The notes: generated by a model not told the origin, from the sequence alone. DNA of 64,000 nt from Alphaproteobacteria bacterium (GCA_016793165.1 JAEULA010000096.1:76699-140698); one strand, 5' to 3'; positions 10,701 to 17,937 are shown, numbered from the stretch's first letter. A program made the numbers and translations.

Positions 10701-13075
10701 CAGACGATGCGCAGCTTCACCATGTAGTCGAGCTTCGGCGATCCGGACGGCGCGGCGACGACGTCGCGCCCGGCCGCGGGCACGAGCGAGCGCCTCAGCG
10801 CGGCCCCGGTCAGCGCCTCGTCATCCTTGATCGCCGTGTCCGCCGTCGGCGTGCCGCCGACCGCGTAGATGTCGACCCGGCGATAGGTCTCGCGCACGGA
10901 TTCATGCGAGCTCAGCACGCCGTCCTCGAAGCGCGCATCCGGCCATGCCGTCGATCCCGGCTGCTCGACATGGATCAGGCGGCCGACCAGCTCGATCGCG
11001 GTCTCGTCGTCGAAGCCGTCGCCGGTCGGCGCGCCGCCCGACGGCGACGCCTGCTCGCCGCGGGCAAAGACCTCCGCGCCCGCGAGCGGCGTGCCGAGCT
11101 GGCCGGGCTGCAGGACGGTGAGCAGCGACGTCGCGCGCGTCGCACGATCGGCGGCGAGCGTCGCGTTGTAGACATCGTCGCCGATGTCGTCGCAGCGCCC
11201 GATCACGAGGAACTGCGCGCCCGGATAGCGCGCGGCCCAGGCCAGGAGGTCCGACTGCGAGAGCGCGCCCGACGCCGGCGCGCCGGCGGGTTTGGCCTCG
11301 CCCCAGCGCAGCTCGTTGTCGGTGTCGAAGTCCATGAGGATCTGGACGTGGCGGTCGAGCGCCGGCGCCGGCGCGACCGCATCGGCGACGGTCACGCGCG
11401 CAAGCCCGTCCGCCGGCACGACGACGCCGCGCTTGTCCGCCGACAGCGTCGCCTGCGCGGCGGTCGCGTAGAACGCACCCTCGGCGTGGAAATCGCTGAG
11501 GTCGAAGGTGTTCTCGACCGCGGCCAGCGCCAGCGCCGCGCTCGCGTCGACGGCGTCGAAGACGCCGGCCTCGCAGCCGACGAGAAGCGCCCCGGACTCG
11601 CGGATCTGAAGCTGCAAGCGGGTGAGACGGACGTCGTCGTCGCCGATCGTCTCGCTGAGAACGATCATCCGATCGCCGGCGAGCGTGTCGAGATCGGTCG
11701 CGAAGAAGGTCGGCCCGGTCCAGGTCTCGCTGCGTCCCTCGATCCGCCACTCGAACGTTCCCGGCGTCCCCACCGACGAGACCGCCGTAAACACGGTGCG
11801 CTCGATGTCGGCGGCGATACCGCCGAGATGCGCGACGTTCGTAAATTCCTGGCCCGCGATCTCGGCGTCGATCCTCGGCCCCGTGCCGGAGGCGACGAAG
11901 CGGAACGTGACCTCCGGATGCGGGAAGTCGGTCGGCGTCCCGTCGACGTCCACGACCTCGATCGGCGTGACGCGCAGGACCTGGCCGTGACGCACCGCGC
12001 CGGTCGAGGCGTCACCCTCGTCCTCGGTGCCGTCCGGCCAGGACCACCGCGCCTTCCAGTTCAGCGTCGCGGCGTCACTGGGCGCCGAGGGGACCTGGAG
12101 GCCCGCGGCGATCGTCACCGTGGCCCCCTGCGCGGCAGTGATCGTCACCTTGTGCGCGACGCCGTCGAGCGACGCGCTGGGCAGCAGGTCGGCCGCCGGC
12201 AGCTGGCGGAACTGGAACGACGCCGGATCGAGCGGCGAGCGACCGAACTGGATCTCCAGCTCGCCCTGCAGCCCGACCGGCGACCCGATCAGCACGTTCT
12301 TCACGCCGCCAGAGATGTCACCGAACGCCGGCAGGTTCCGCGGCGCGTAGAACGTGCCCTCGCGGATCGCCACGCCCACCCAGGCCGCGTCCTGGCCGCG
12401 CGCGAGCACGTCGGGCGCGCTGTAGTCGTCGGAGAAGTCGAACAGGATCCGGCCGACCGTGAATCCGAACTCGCTGCCGCCGATGAAGAAGTGCGGCGGC
12501 GTGCATTCCAGCGACATCACCGCCCCGGACGGCAGCGTCGGATCGAGCGGATCGGGACGGTCGACGAACTTGACGGTCAGGCCCGCGCCCGCGTCCTCGA
12601 AGCGAAGGACGGCAGCGCCGGTGATCCTGACGTTCTCTCGCGCAGGGTCGCGGAGAAGATGACGCGGCATCGTGCCGTCGTCGGGCACGAAGATCGCGGG
12701 CTCGAGACCGTCGACGACGAGTTCGAAGGCGTCGAGCATCAGGTCGAGACGCCATGCGGTCGCCGCGGGTTCCAGGTTCTGCGTTCCCGTGAGCGGCGCG
12801 CGGAGGATCCCGAACTGCATCGGGATCCCCGTCTGGAGCAGCGGCAGCTTCAGCGTTCCGATTCCGATCCGGAAGCCGGTCGGAATCTCGGTGAGCGCCG
12901 TGTCGAGCGGCTGCAGCGTCCCGTGATGGAAGATCGCGCCGGCCGCGTGCCGCGTCTCGTGATCGGTGACGACGAAGCGTTCATAGAACGCCTGCACGTC
13001 GTCCGGCAGCAACGCGCTGGCCCGGTTCGCCAGGAACACGAGGTCGATGAGTGGAATCCCCGCCCGGCGAGCCAT
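4757..13075 (-). CDS. Giant hypothetical protein (2772 aa from MARRAGIPLIDL) with an internal OmpA-like module, a beta-rich core, a poly-Pro hinge and three Cys-framed repeats.
   Basis: ORF track 4757..13249. I place the start at the ATG at 13073-13075 because GGAGGCGGGAGGGGGG lies directly upstream, and the 58 codons before it are low-complexity (PGRPRRAGGGG). Coding-like composition runs over 8.3 kb. It is the first gene of its operon, with mlrC-like divergent upstream. Confidence 0.8.
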   Translation of the reverse strand: MARRAGIPLIDLVFLANRASALLPDDVQAFYERFVVTDHETRHAAGAIFHHGTLQPLDTALTEIPTGFRIGIGTLKLPLLQTGIPMQFGILRAPLTGTQNLEPAATAWRLDLMLDAFELVVDGLEPAIFVPDDGTMPRHLLRDPARENVRITGAAVLRFEDAGAGLTVKFVDRPDPLDPTLPSGAVMSLECTPPHFFIGGSEFGFTVGRILFDFSDDYSAPDVLARGQDAAWVGVAIREGTFYAPRNLPAFGDISGGVKNVLIGSPVGLQGELEIQFGRSPLDPASFQFRQLPAADLLPSASLDGVAHKVTITAAQGATVTIAAGLQVPSAPSDAATLNWKARWSWPDGTEDEGDASTGAVRHGQVLRVTPIEVVDVDGTPTDFPHPEVTFRFVASGTGPRIDAEIAGQEFTNVAHLGGIAADIERTVFTAVSSVGTPGTFEWRIEGRSETWTGPTFFATDLDTLAGDRMIVLSETIGDDDVRLTRLQLQIRESGALLVGCEAGVFDAVDASAALALAAVENTFDLSDFHAEGAFYATAAQATLSADKRGVVVPADGLARVTVADAVAPAPALDRHVQILMDFDTDNELRWGEAKPAGAPASGALSQSDLLAWAARYPGAQFLVIGRCDDIGDDVYNATLAADRATRATSLLTVLQPGQLGTPLAGAEVFARGEQASPSGGAPTGDGFDDETAIELVGRLIHVEQPGSTAWPDARFEDGVLSSHESVRETYRRVDIYAVGGTPTADTAIKDDEALTGAALRRSLVPAAGRDVVAAPSGSPKLDYMVKLRIVWDSPTVSELRDAIPTLAEAEFSWTPTSMPLPDAGGAPVPVTISDDPAKEVLTVFATWTHDTRTGYTKVALGIKSEGDPNGLAWTDNKTLTTALAVGPALMSGVTGTGALGAGARIAAMISLGVVGSVTDILQPGSKVALTSAAFETEMRSISDPGPDMQVRIVTDYVCTLHIDSGVLGLRTMPDSPLKIRYKRVGVEYDSSQTGWSRFGVVFDTASLEIEDPGRWEISGTLGNLLRIVEIAVGTGSLWIEARLAVAIEIGLIEITEAVIRLTFTDGSPIPVFELRGLVLSANVAGVLEGEGRVRIEDNGILRAGVDASIIPLGLGCEAALAVGLPPEIAPSAFLSLYLGVQFATPLPLAQSGLAIYGFKGLFTMNGTRAPVANPDPVLKELDWWNLRPEDKYVPQKDQFALGIGAVVGTLPDVSFSLSCAGMVVVAFPEPEVIFGVDVNIIKVPDLIAKDERGAESTITGLIVIDDEAIKLAVSATYTIPKVLTLNVPFAAYFPYPETPGDVYVRIGSDGQEQHGRYGEPVTLTLLPDVIDARAWAYLMIEQGGLPDLGGDTRFDFDGFSVGFGAGWEIAWKAGPIELDASAKVLVGFGTAPLIIKGGVFVAGKLDMVVTSISAHGELVLEARESAGDVQVKIEGEFCGEVDLLFFSLEGCVGISIAPDVDTEPPPPPSPVKGISLTDRRDRIMGVATKGTPSDAPIFSNPPQDPADAASQTATATAAGVDANNTVWPDTAPVIHFAHYVQNAMGSAAQFLPGPTPAQPKWFGSSELKYAYRLDSLVLRRASDDAEVESPAEDGALQSVWTATPYRQPDASGVDNPMPSEHEGPNLKLLDWDPWSWVVNLDDGGASQDGDPAETIEDICTPKPAPRTACVLGRSAMRAGHHAVEMRAERPGLPPYPSRFVVVGESAVRIGATRIVGRDLQALVDRLGCHVVPGVVTAMPFNTTIGGVEVSSAYRLPAARQVATTGLRDLALPWEARFDQRVARPSVTLLICEAPAQRPDEPAEAPCDDFAGLSPNPDPVLVLERPGMTIRTIDSRARILLADDVDLGVDPPRNGSDGRADLRIPDSGIEIVLRTPCAHVEIHVMQFTAAAVRGEALAPDGTRVDTDQTSLRQAVPLVLRFDAPAIRTLRLSGGGNEAAVFKICCHGAAQLPDRVCESFDALKPNDRAVTTLTYRDFVFTPLDGRGRLRAVDVVDERVAPLPGEDGAAEIRFPASGVRIALPHPCPVVEVHVMLFEAEPVDGIGRDEAGGDVAAARSTEAVRVTQVLRFASRTGAPVATIVLKGGKGQAVIHRICCIGAAVACVDFEGLKPTVDRVATLAHRGLRFETLSGARELRLVDKIDARPEPDRPGVDRIPELQFFSAGLRITLTAPCTRVDLKLMLFTTQPVSAVAINGAGSRVARAQTTGRQRELQTIRLDAPDIRVVELTGGGGESVLAAVCCREADGEGGRPPGAPGSLDDLSPPTSAGDVTVTGIVGDTPRDAWAVRVPETQAHEHCRLVVFQPARAATGPWDGFRVVAPPGKVVSLVAICGVDQRAIDARATDMTVQTQLRDSLVDVLAAQPDERREIALAANTEYEMVIGWSWKSWQPSGSQTTPPDPDLDSSPWQSGGTETWRFRTAADDTSLASAPQDGLNEYRFDARDIERYLIGIEPADGRGAHFTDDPIWVHFDCGHVEQLLEIYGRELVIEVRRTDPPPQATPELLTNATAPLEVEMAWLDPAAHLAATGDRRLNEAILTAPCLIPKAAPFGGASAAVTMALQPDAGYDLTILARKVGDRPVVRATRFRTSRYAGPDELIAALGYRVGGVAPYLPDDHVIPDGMTMASGTGLVEGDIALDDALMSIGADTLPLPLRKARSYAMWRRDGGSWKLEGLLVDSLEALKRERTIVAAGGQPNLGTRIAPLRGFAAGVELAPFRVNARWTRLLLKPAAAIALAATGDLELSLEFTTSAGPRVGRRRLRGVPAILEREGL
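6353..7657 (-). repeat. Three tandem protein-level repeats (139, 141, 139 aa; giant protein aa 1807-2241). Each is framed C-x-x-F ... P-C ... C-C.
   Basis: Repeat A runs CDDFAGLSPN...RTPCAHVEIHVMQF...LSGGGNEAAVFKICC. Repeat B runs CESFDALKPN...HPCPVVEVHVMLF...LKGGKGQAVIHRICC. Repeat C runs CVDFEGLKPT...APCTRVDLKLMLF...LTGGGGESVLAAVCC. Boundary codons were checked at 7646-7657 (CDDF) and 6353-6358 (CC). Confidence 0.8.
11036..11353 (-). other. OmpA/MotB C-terminal-like peptidoglycan-binding module inside the giant protein (aa ~575-680).
   Basis: RHVQILMDFDTDNEL...LLAWAARYPGAQFLVIGRCDDIGDDVYNATLAADRATRATSLL...VFARGEQ matches the OmpA_C pattern (F-D-x-x-L; hydrophobic-G-H-T-D-x-x-G-x-x-x-x-N-x-x-L-S-x-x-R-A-x-x-V-x-x-x-L; G-x-G-E). 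GRCDD replaces GHTD. The GRCDD codons were verified at 11186-11200. Confidence 0.6.
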
Positions 13076-13347
13076 CCCCCCTCCCGCCTCCACGATCGAC
13101 GGCAACTCTAGAGAGCGGCGATCGATGGAACAATGCGTCCAGATGATCGAGGGCGCCGTGGCGGCATTGTCACAGGAATTTCGGAGCACAGGCCTCGCGA
13201 CGCGGGCATCCGGACCACCGCCGCCGGCACGACGCGGGCGGCCAGGCATGCGATCGCGCTCCCGCCGTCGGGGCGCGACGGGCGATACTGCGCGACGGGG
13301 CGCGGCGCCGATCGGCGGAGCCGCGCCGTCGTCGGAGATCGCTGTCG
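13076..13347. promoter_or_regulatory. Divergent intergenic region between the giant-protein operon and the mlrC-like gene.
   Basis: A 272-bp gap between two divergent starts. It contains a locally lower-GC patch (13100-13195) with CACAGG repeated at 13171 and 13187 and several CGATCG palindromes. No consensus promoter could be assigned. Confidence 0.35.
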
Positions 13348-14796
13348 ATGCGCATGTTCGTCGCCGCCCTGGGCACCGAGACCAACACCTTCGCGCCGCT
13401 GCCCGTCGACCGCTTGGCCTTCGAGCGCGCGTTCTATGCGCCGCCGGGCCGGCATCCGGAGACTCCGACGCTCACCACGGCGCCGATCGTCGCGGCGCGG
13501 GCGCGCGCCGCGCGCGACGGCTTCACCCTGGTCGAGGGCACTTCGGCCTGGGCCGAGCCGGCCGGCCTGGTGTCGCGCACGGCCTACGAGGGCCTGCGCG
13601 ACGAGATCCTGGACCAGCTGCGCGCCGCGATGCCCGTCGACATCGCGCTGTTCGGCATGCACGGCGCGATGGTCGCCGACGGCTACGACGACACGGAGGG
13701 CGATCTGCTCGCCCGCGCCCGCGAGATCGTCGGCCCCGACGCGATCATCGGCGCCGAGCACGACCTGCATTGCCATCTCACGCCCAAGCGGGTCGCGGCC
13801 GCGGACCTGATCGTGCTGTTCAAGGAGTTCCCGCACACCGACTTCCTGGCGCGCGCCGAGGAGCTCGTGGACCTGGCGCTGCGCGCGGCGCGGCGCGAGA
13901 TCCGGCCGGTGACGGCGCTGCACGACTGCCGCCTGATCGGCGGCGGCTACATGACCAGCAATCCCGTGGGCCGCGCCTTCGTCGAGCGCGTGCGGGCGCT
14001 CGAAGGCAAGGACGGCATCCTCTCGATCTCGATCGGCCACGGCTTCCACGCCGCCGACGTGCCCGAGGTCGGCAGCAAGGTGCTGGTGATCGCCGACGGC
14101 GACCGGGCGAAGGCCGAGGCGCTCGCCGCGACGCTGGGGCGCGAGCTCGTCGCGATGGGGCGCGCCGGCTCGCCGCACCACGTGAAGCCCGAAGAGACCG
14201 TCGCCGTCGCGAACGGCTATCCCGGCCGCCCGATCGTCTTCGCCGATCGCTGGGACAACCCGGGCGGCGGCGTACCGGGCGACGGCGCGATCATGATCGA
14301 GACGCTGCTCGCGCATGCCGACGTGCCGGCGGCGATCGGCGTCCTCTGGGATCCGATCGCGGTCGAGTTCTGCCGTTCGGCCGGCGCGGGCGGCAATCTC
14401 TGGCTCCGTATCGGCGGCAAGTCGACCCCCGTCTCCGGTCGGCCGGTCGATGCCCATGTGGTCGTACGCGCGGTGACCGACGACCTGGTCATCCCCTTCG
14501 AGCAGAGCCTCGTCTCGTTCGGCCCGTCGGCCGCGGTCACGATCGGCACGCTCGACATCGTCCTCGGCTCCAAGCGCACCCAGACCTTCGCGCCGGAGGC
14601 GTTCACGAAGCTCGGCGTCGACCTGGCGGCCAAGAAGATCGTGGTCGTGAAGTCGTCGAACCACTTCCACGCGGCGTTCTCGAGGATCGCCCATGCGATC
14701 CATCACCTCGACACCGGCGGCCCCTTCCCGCCCGACCCGACCCGGGTCACCTACCGGAAGGCCCGGCGCCCGATCGCCCCGCTCGACGCCGTGTGA
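13348..14796 (+). CDS. MlrC-like (microcystinase C family, peptidase M81) protein.
   Basis: 482 aa. The N-terminal MRMFVAALGTETNTF, then GMHGAMV...D.EGDLL...H.DL.CH, and the C-terminal VVVKSSNHFHAAF...LDTGGP are the layout I associate with the DUF1485 plus MlrC_C architecture. Confidence 0.8.
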   Translation: MRMFVAALGTETNTFAPLPVDRLAFERAFYAPPGRHPETPTLTTAPIVAARARAARDGFTLVEGTSAWAEPAGLVSRTAYEGLRDEILDQLRAAMPVDIALFGMHGAMVADGYDDTEGDLLARAREIVGPDAIIGAEHDLHCHLTPKRVAAADLIVLFKEFPHTDFLARAEELVDLALRAARREIRPVTALHDCRLIGGGYMTSNPVGRAFVERVRALEGKDGILSISIGHGFHAADVPEVGSKVLVIADGDRAKAEALAATLGRELVAMGRAGSPHHVKPEETVAVANGYPGRPIVFADRWDNPGGGVPGDGAIMIETLLAHADVPAAIGVLWDPIAVEFCRSAGAGGNLWLRIGGKSTPVSGRPVDAHVVVRAVTDDLVIPFEQSLVSFGPSAAVTIGTLDIVLGSKRTQTFAPEAFTKLGVDLAAKKIVVVKSSNHFHAAFSRIAHAIHHLDTGGPFPPDPTRVTYRKARRPIAPLDAV

Positions 14797-14892
14797 GGCG
14801 GGCGCGCAGGCGCGACGATCGGTTGCGGCCGACTCACGGCCGATGCACGCGGTGCGCTAGACTGCGGGCACCCCAACGAAGGGAGGCCTGCG

Positions 14893-15813
14893 ATGACTCG
14901 ACGAGATCGTCCACGTCTCACGGCACCGGTTGCGGTGCTTGCCGCGCTCGCCGCGGCCACGCTCTGGGCGGAGCCGGCCGCCGCCTGGTGGTTCTTCAAC
15001 AAGGGAAAGGCGGCCGTCGACGCCGCGGACGATGCCGGCAAGAAGCGCGCGTCCTACTACGACAAGCTCGCCGATCCGACGGCGACGGACGCCCAGATCG
15101 ACGCGGCCAAGACCGCCGCGGACACCGCGACGAAGGACGCGCTCAAGAAGACCACCGAGTTCGGCACCAGCGTGCCCGGCACGTCGATCACCGGTCCGCC
15201 GCCGACTTCCGTCAAGGGCGGCATCTGGCAGGCGCTCAAGGAGACGCTGAAGTGGCTCATCTCCTCGACGACCGACCGGCCGGGCCCCAGCGACGCGCAA
15301 CTCGCCGCGGCGATGCCCGAATCCGGCGTGCTCGTCGCCGATCAGACATCGAGCTATCTGGACTTCGACTACGGCACCGATTCCCGCATGGCTCCGGTCC
15401 TGTTCGGCACGGCGCAGTTCACCGCGTCGCTGTCGACCCTCGTCATCGACGGGACCAGCTTCGGCGTCGCGGAGCTGGCGGCCCTGCCGGCGCCGGATCG
15501 TGCGCTCGCCGCGCTCTCCGGCGACGCCGTCGTCGCCGGGCTGACGGGCGAGATCGCGGCGACCTCGCCGAGCTGGGATCCGTTCGACCACCTGTCCGAC
15601 CCGGCGGCCTACCGAGCCGTCTTCGAGGTCGAGTTCACGAGCTTCGATCCTGGCGAGGATGCGATCGGCGGGCGGCTGTTCTATCTCGCCGTCGGACCGT
15701 TCGCCGAGATCGCCGAGCCCGGGACGCTCGCGGTCCTGGCCGGCGCCGGCTGCATCTTCGTCCTGGCGCGCCGACGCCCGGCCGGGCGTTCGCCCGGAAC
15801 GATCGTCGCCTAG
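14893..15813 (+). CDS. Secreted PEP-CTERM-type sorting-signal protein, otherwise of unknown function.
   Basis: GAAGGGAGG SD. N-terminal signal peptide (APVAVLAALAAATLWAEPAAA). C-terminus IAEPGTLAVLAGAGCIFVLARRRP is a PEP-like motif, then a hydrophobic helix, then a basic cluster. Confidence 0.7.
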   Translation: MTRRDRPRLTAPVAVLAALAAATLWAEPAAAWWFFNKGKAAVDAADDAGKKRASYYDKLADPTATDAQIDAAKTAADTATKDALKKTTEFGTSVPGTSITGPPPTSVKGGIWQALKETLKWLISSTTDRPGPSDAQLAAAMPESGVLVADQTSSYLDFDYGTDSRMAPVLFGTAQFTASLSTLVIDGTSFGVAELAALPAPDRALAALSGDAVVAGLTGEIAATSPSWDPFDHLSDPAAYRAVFEVEFTSFDPGEDAIGGRLFYLAVGPFAEIAEPGTLAVLAGAGCIFVLARRRPAGRSPGTIVA

Positions 15814-15912
15814 GTCCCGGGCGGCGGGCGATGTCCCCGCAGCCCCTCGATGGCGGCCGCGGGGCGGCGCCTGGCGCCGCCGCGATCGCGGCGGCGACGG
15901 CGGGCCGGCGGT

Positions 15913-15942
15913 TTGACAAGCCGCCGCGCCCGACGGCTCAAT
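15913..15942 (+). promoter_or_regulatory. Candidate sigma70-type promoter upstream of the cyclase gene.
   Basis: Perfect TTGACA at 15913-15918, followed 17-18 nt later by GCTCAAT (a weak -10). About 115 nt upstream of the ATG at 16057. Confidence 0.25.
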
Positions 15943-16056
15943 GTCGGCGGGGACGAAATCGTCCGCCGCCGCCGGGTCCTGCGGGACCGCCGCCGGCACG
16001 CAGCGTGAAGTGCATGACACCGTTTGTTTTCGGCGCGTGATCACCTCGCAGAGGCC

Positions 16057-17892
16057 ATGCCGATGCAGGTTCGACGTAGTCAGGGCGCTTGGGACGATGC
16101 GATCGCGCGGAGCGCCGTTCCGGCGAACGGCGGCGCGCCGCCTGCGCATCGCCGGCTCGCGGCCGTGCTCGTCGCGGACATGGTCGGCTACACCCGCCTC
16201 ATGCAGGTGGACGAGGAGCTGACCTACCGCCGTCTGACGGCCCTGCGCACGGGCCTGATCGAGCCGCTGGTCGCGGCACATTCCGGATGGATCGCCAAGA
16301 ATACCGGCGACGGGTTCATCGTCGTGTTCGACACCGGCCTCGACGCGGTGCGCTGCGCCATCGAGCTGCAGCGCACGACGGTCGCGCGGGCGCGCGCGGA
16401 GCCGGCCGACCGGCGCATCAGCTTCCGCGTCGGCATCAACATCGCCGAGATCATCGTCGAGCCCAGCGACGTGTTCGGCGACGGCGTCAACGTGTCGTCG
16501 CGCCTCCAGACCTACGCCGAGCCCGGCGGCATCATCATCGCCGACGTCGTCGCGGACCAGCTTGCGGACGAGGCGGGGATCCGGCTGATCGACCTCGGCG
16601 AGCTGCCGCTGCGCAATCGCGCGCGCCCGGTCCGCGCGTTCAGCCTGCGCATGGACGACGGGGCCCTGGACGGCCTCGCGGCCGCCGCCGGCGAGACCGA
16701 GAGCCGCGCATCGATCGTGGTCATGCCATTCCGCGAGCAGGCGGCCGGGCCGGCGTCGTCCTATTTCGCCGAGGGCATCGTCGACGACATCATCCACGGC
16801 CTGTCGGGACTGCGGGAGCTGTTCGTGATCTCGCGCGGCTCCACGCTCGGGCTCGACGATCGCGACGCCGATGCGCGCGCCATCGGCCGCGAGCTCGGCG
16901 TGCGCTACGTGTTGAGGGGGCGTATCGACCGGACGCGGGACCGCATCCAGATCCGCACCGAGCTCGACGATGCGGCGACCGGGACCGTCATCTCCGCCGA
17001 CCGGTACGACGGCGCGATGTCGGAGATCTTCGATCTCCACGGGCGCATCGCGATGCGGGTCGTGAAGACGATCGCCCCGCATGTGCGCGAGCGCGAGCTC
17101 CTGCGCGCGATGCGAAAGCATCCGCAGAACATGACCGCCTACGATCTCCTGCTGCAGGCGCTCGATCCGCTCTTCCGCATGGAGCGCGAGCCGTTCACGC
17201 GCGCCCGCGCGCTGCTGCAGCAGGCCGTTGCGCACGACCCGAGCTACGGCCCGGCCTATTCCTACGCGGCCTACTGGCACCTGCTGCGCGTCGGCCAAGG
17301 CTGGTCGCCGGATGTCGCCGCCGACTCGACCGAGGCCGCGCGCGCCGCGGCCGCGGCCATCGAGCGCGACGGCAACGATGCGCTCGCGCTCGCCATCCAG
17401 GGCCACGTGCATTCGTATCTGCACAAGGACTACGAGACGGCCATGGAGCTGCAGAACCGCGCGGTCGAAGCGGGCCCGAGCTGCGCCATGGCGTGGACGC
17501 TCAGCAGCGCGACCTGCGGCTATCTCGGGCTGGGCGCGGTCGCCGTCGCCCGTGCCGAGCGGGGCCTCGAGCTGTCGCCGCGCGGCCCGCACGTCGTCTA
17601 CCACGAGCACATCCTGTCGCAGGCGCACTACGTCGCCGGCAACCACGACGCCGCCGTCGAATGGGGGCGGCGCGCGGCGAAGCACAACGAGGGCCTGACC
17701 TCGAACCTGCGCTGCCTCGCCGCCGCGCTCGTCGCCGTCGGCCGCATCGACGAGGCCCGCGAGATCGGCCGGCGCATCGTGGCGCTCGCCCCCGAGCTGC
17801 GCCTGCAGGACTTCGCGGCGCGCACGCCGCTGCGCGGCGACGTGCGCGACCGCTTCATCCAACGGCTTCGCACGGCGGGGATCCCGGACTGA
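16057..17892 (+). CDS. Class III adenylate/guanylate cyclase with a C-terminal TPR-like regulatory region.
   Basis: RRLAAVLVADMVGYTRLM...KNTGDGFIVVFD...FRVGINIAEII...GDGVNVSSRLQ is a class III cyclase catalytic core, followed by ~400 aa of helical repeat. First ATG used; the track start at 16024 is TTG. Confidence 0.8.
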   Translation: MPMQVRRSQGAWDDAIARSAVPANGGAPPAHRRLAAVLVADMVGYTRLMQVDEELTYRRLTALRTGLIEPLVAAHSGWIAKNTGDGFIVVFDTGLDAVRCAIELQRTTVARARAEPADRRISFRVGINIAEIIVEPSDVFGDGVNVSSRLQTYAEPGGIIIADVVADQLADEAGIRLIDLGELPLRNRARPVRAFSLRMDDGALDGLAAAAGETESRASIVVMPFREQAAGPASSYFAEGIVDDIIHGLSGLRELFVISRGSTLGLDDRDADARAIGRELGVRYVLRGRIDRTRDRIQIRTELDDAATGTVISADRYDGAMSEIFDLHGRIAMRVVKTIAPHVRERELLRAMRKHPQNMTAYDLLLQALDPLFRMEREPFTRARALLQQAVAHDPSYGPAYSYAAYWHLLRVGQGWSPDVAADSTEAARAAAAAIERDGNDALALAIQGHVHSYLHKDYETAMELQNRAVEAGPSCAMAWTLSSATCGYLGLGAVAVARAERGLELSPRGPHVVYHEHILSQAHYVAGNHDAAVEWGRRAAKHNEGLTSNLRCLAAALVAVGRIDEAREIGRRIVALAPELRLQDFAARTPLRGDVRDRFIQRLRTAGIPD

Positions 17893-17937
17893 GCCCGCGC
17901 CGCGACGGCCGACGAACACGAACCCAGGGAGGGGACA

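Noticed and set aside
1-13075. The giant operon as an eCIS, T6SS, phage-tail or Tc-toxin locus, or as a Zorya-like (MotB/OmpA) defence system.
   Set aside because: No sheath, tube, ATPase, VgrG/PAAR, MotA-like or nuclease genes or motifs are visible in the window, and the sizes do not fit ZorB. These ideas cannot be excluded without profile searches, but nothing I can see supports them.
5228-13111. 2627-aa plus-strand ORF, the second-longest in the track.
   Set aside because: It is antisense to the well-formed giant gene. Its composition is dominated by Arg/Asp/Gly/Ala/His runs with no hydrophobic periodicity. Open antisense frames are expected at ~70% GC. It has no SD.
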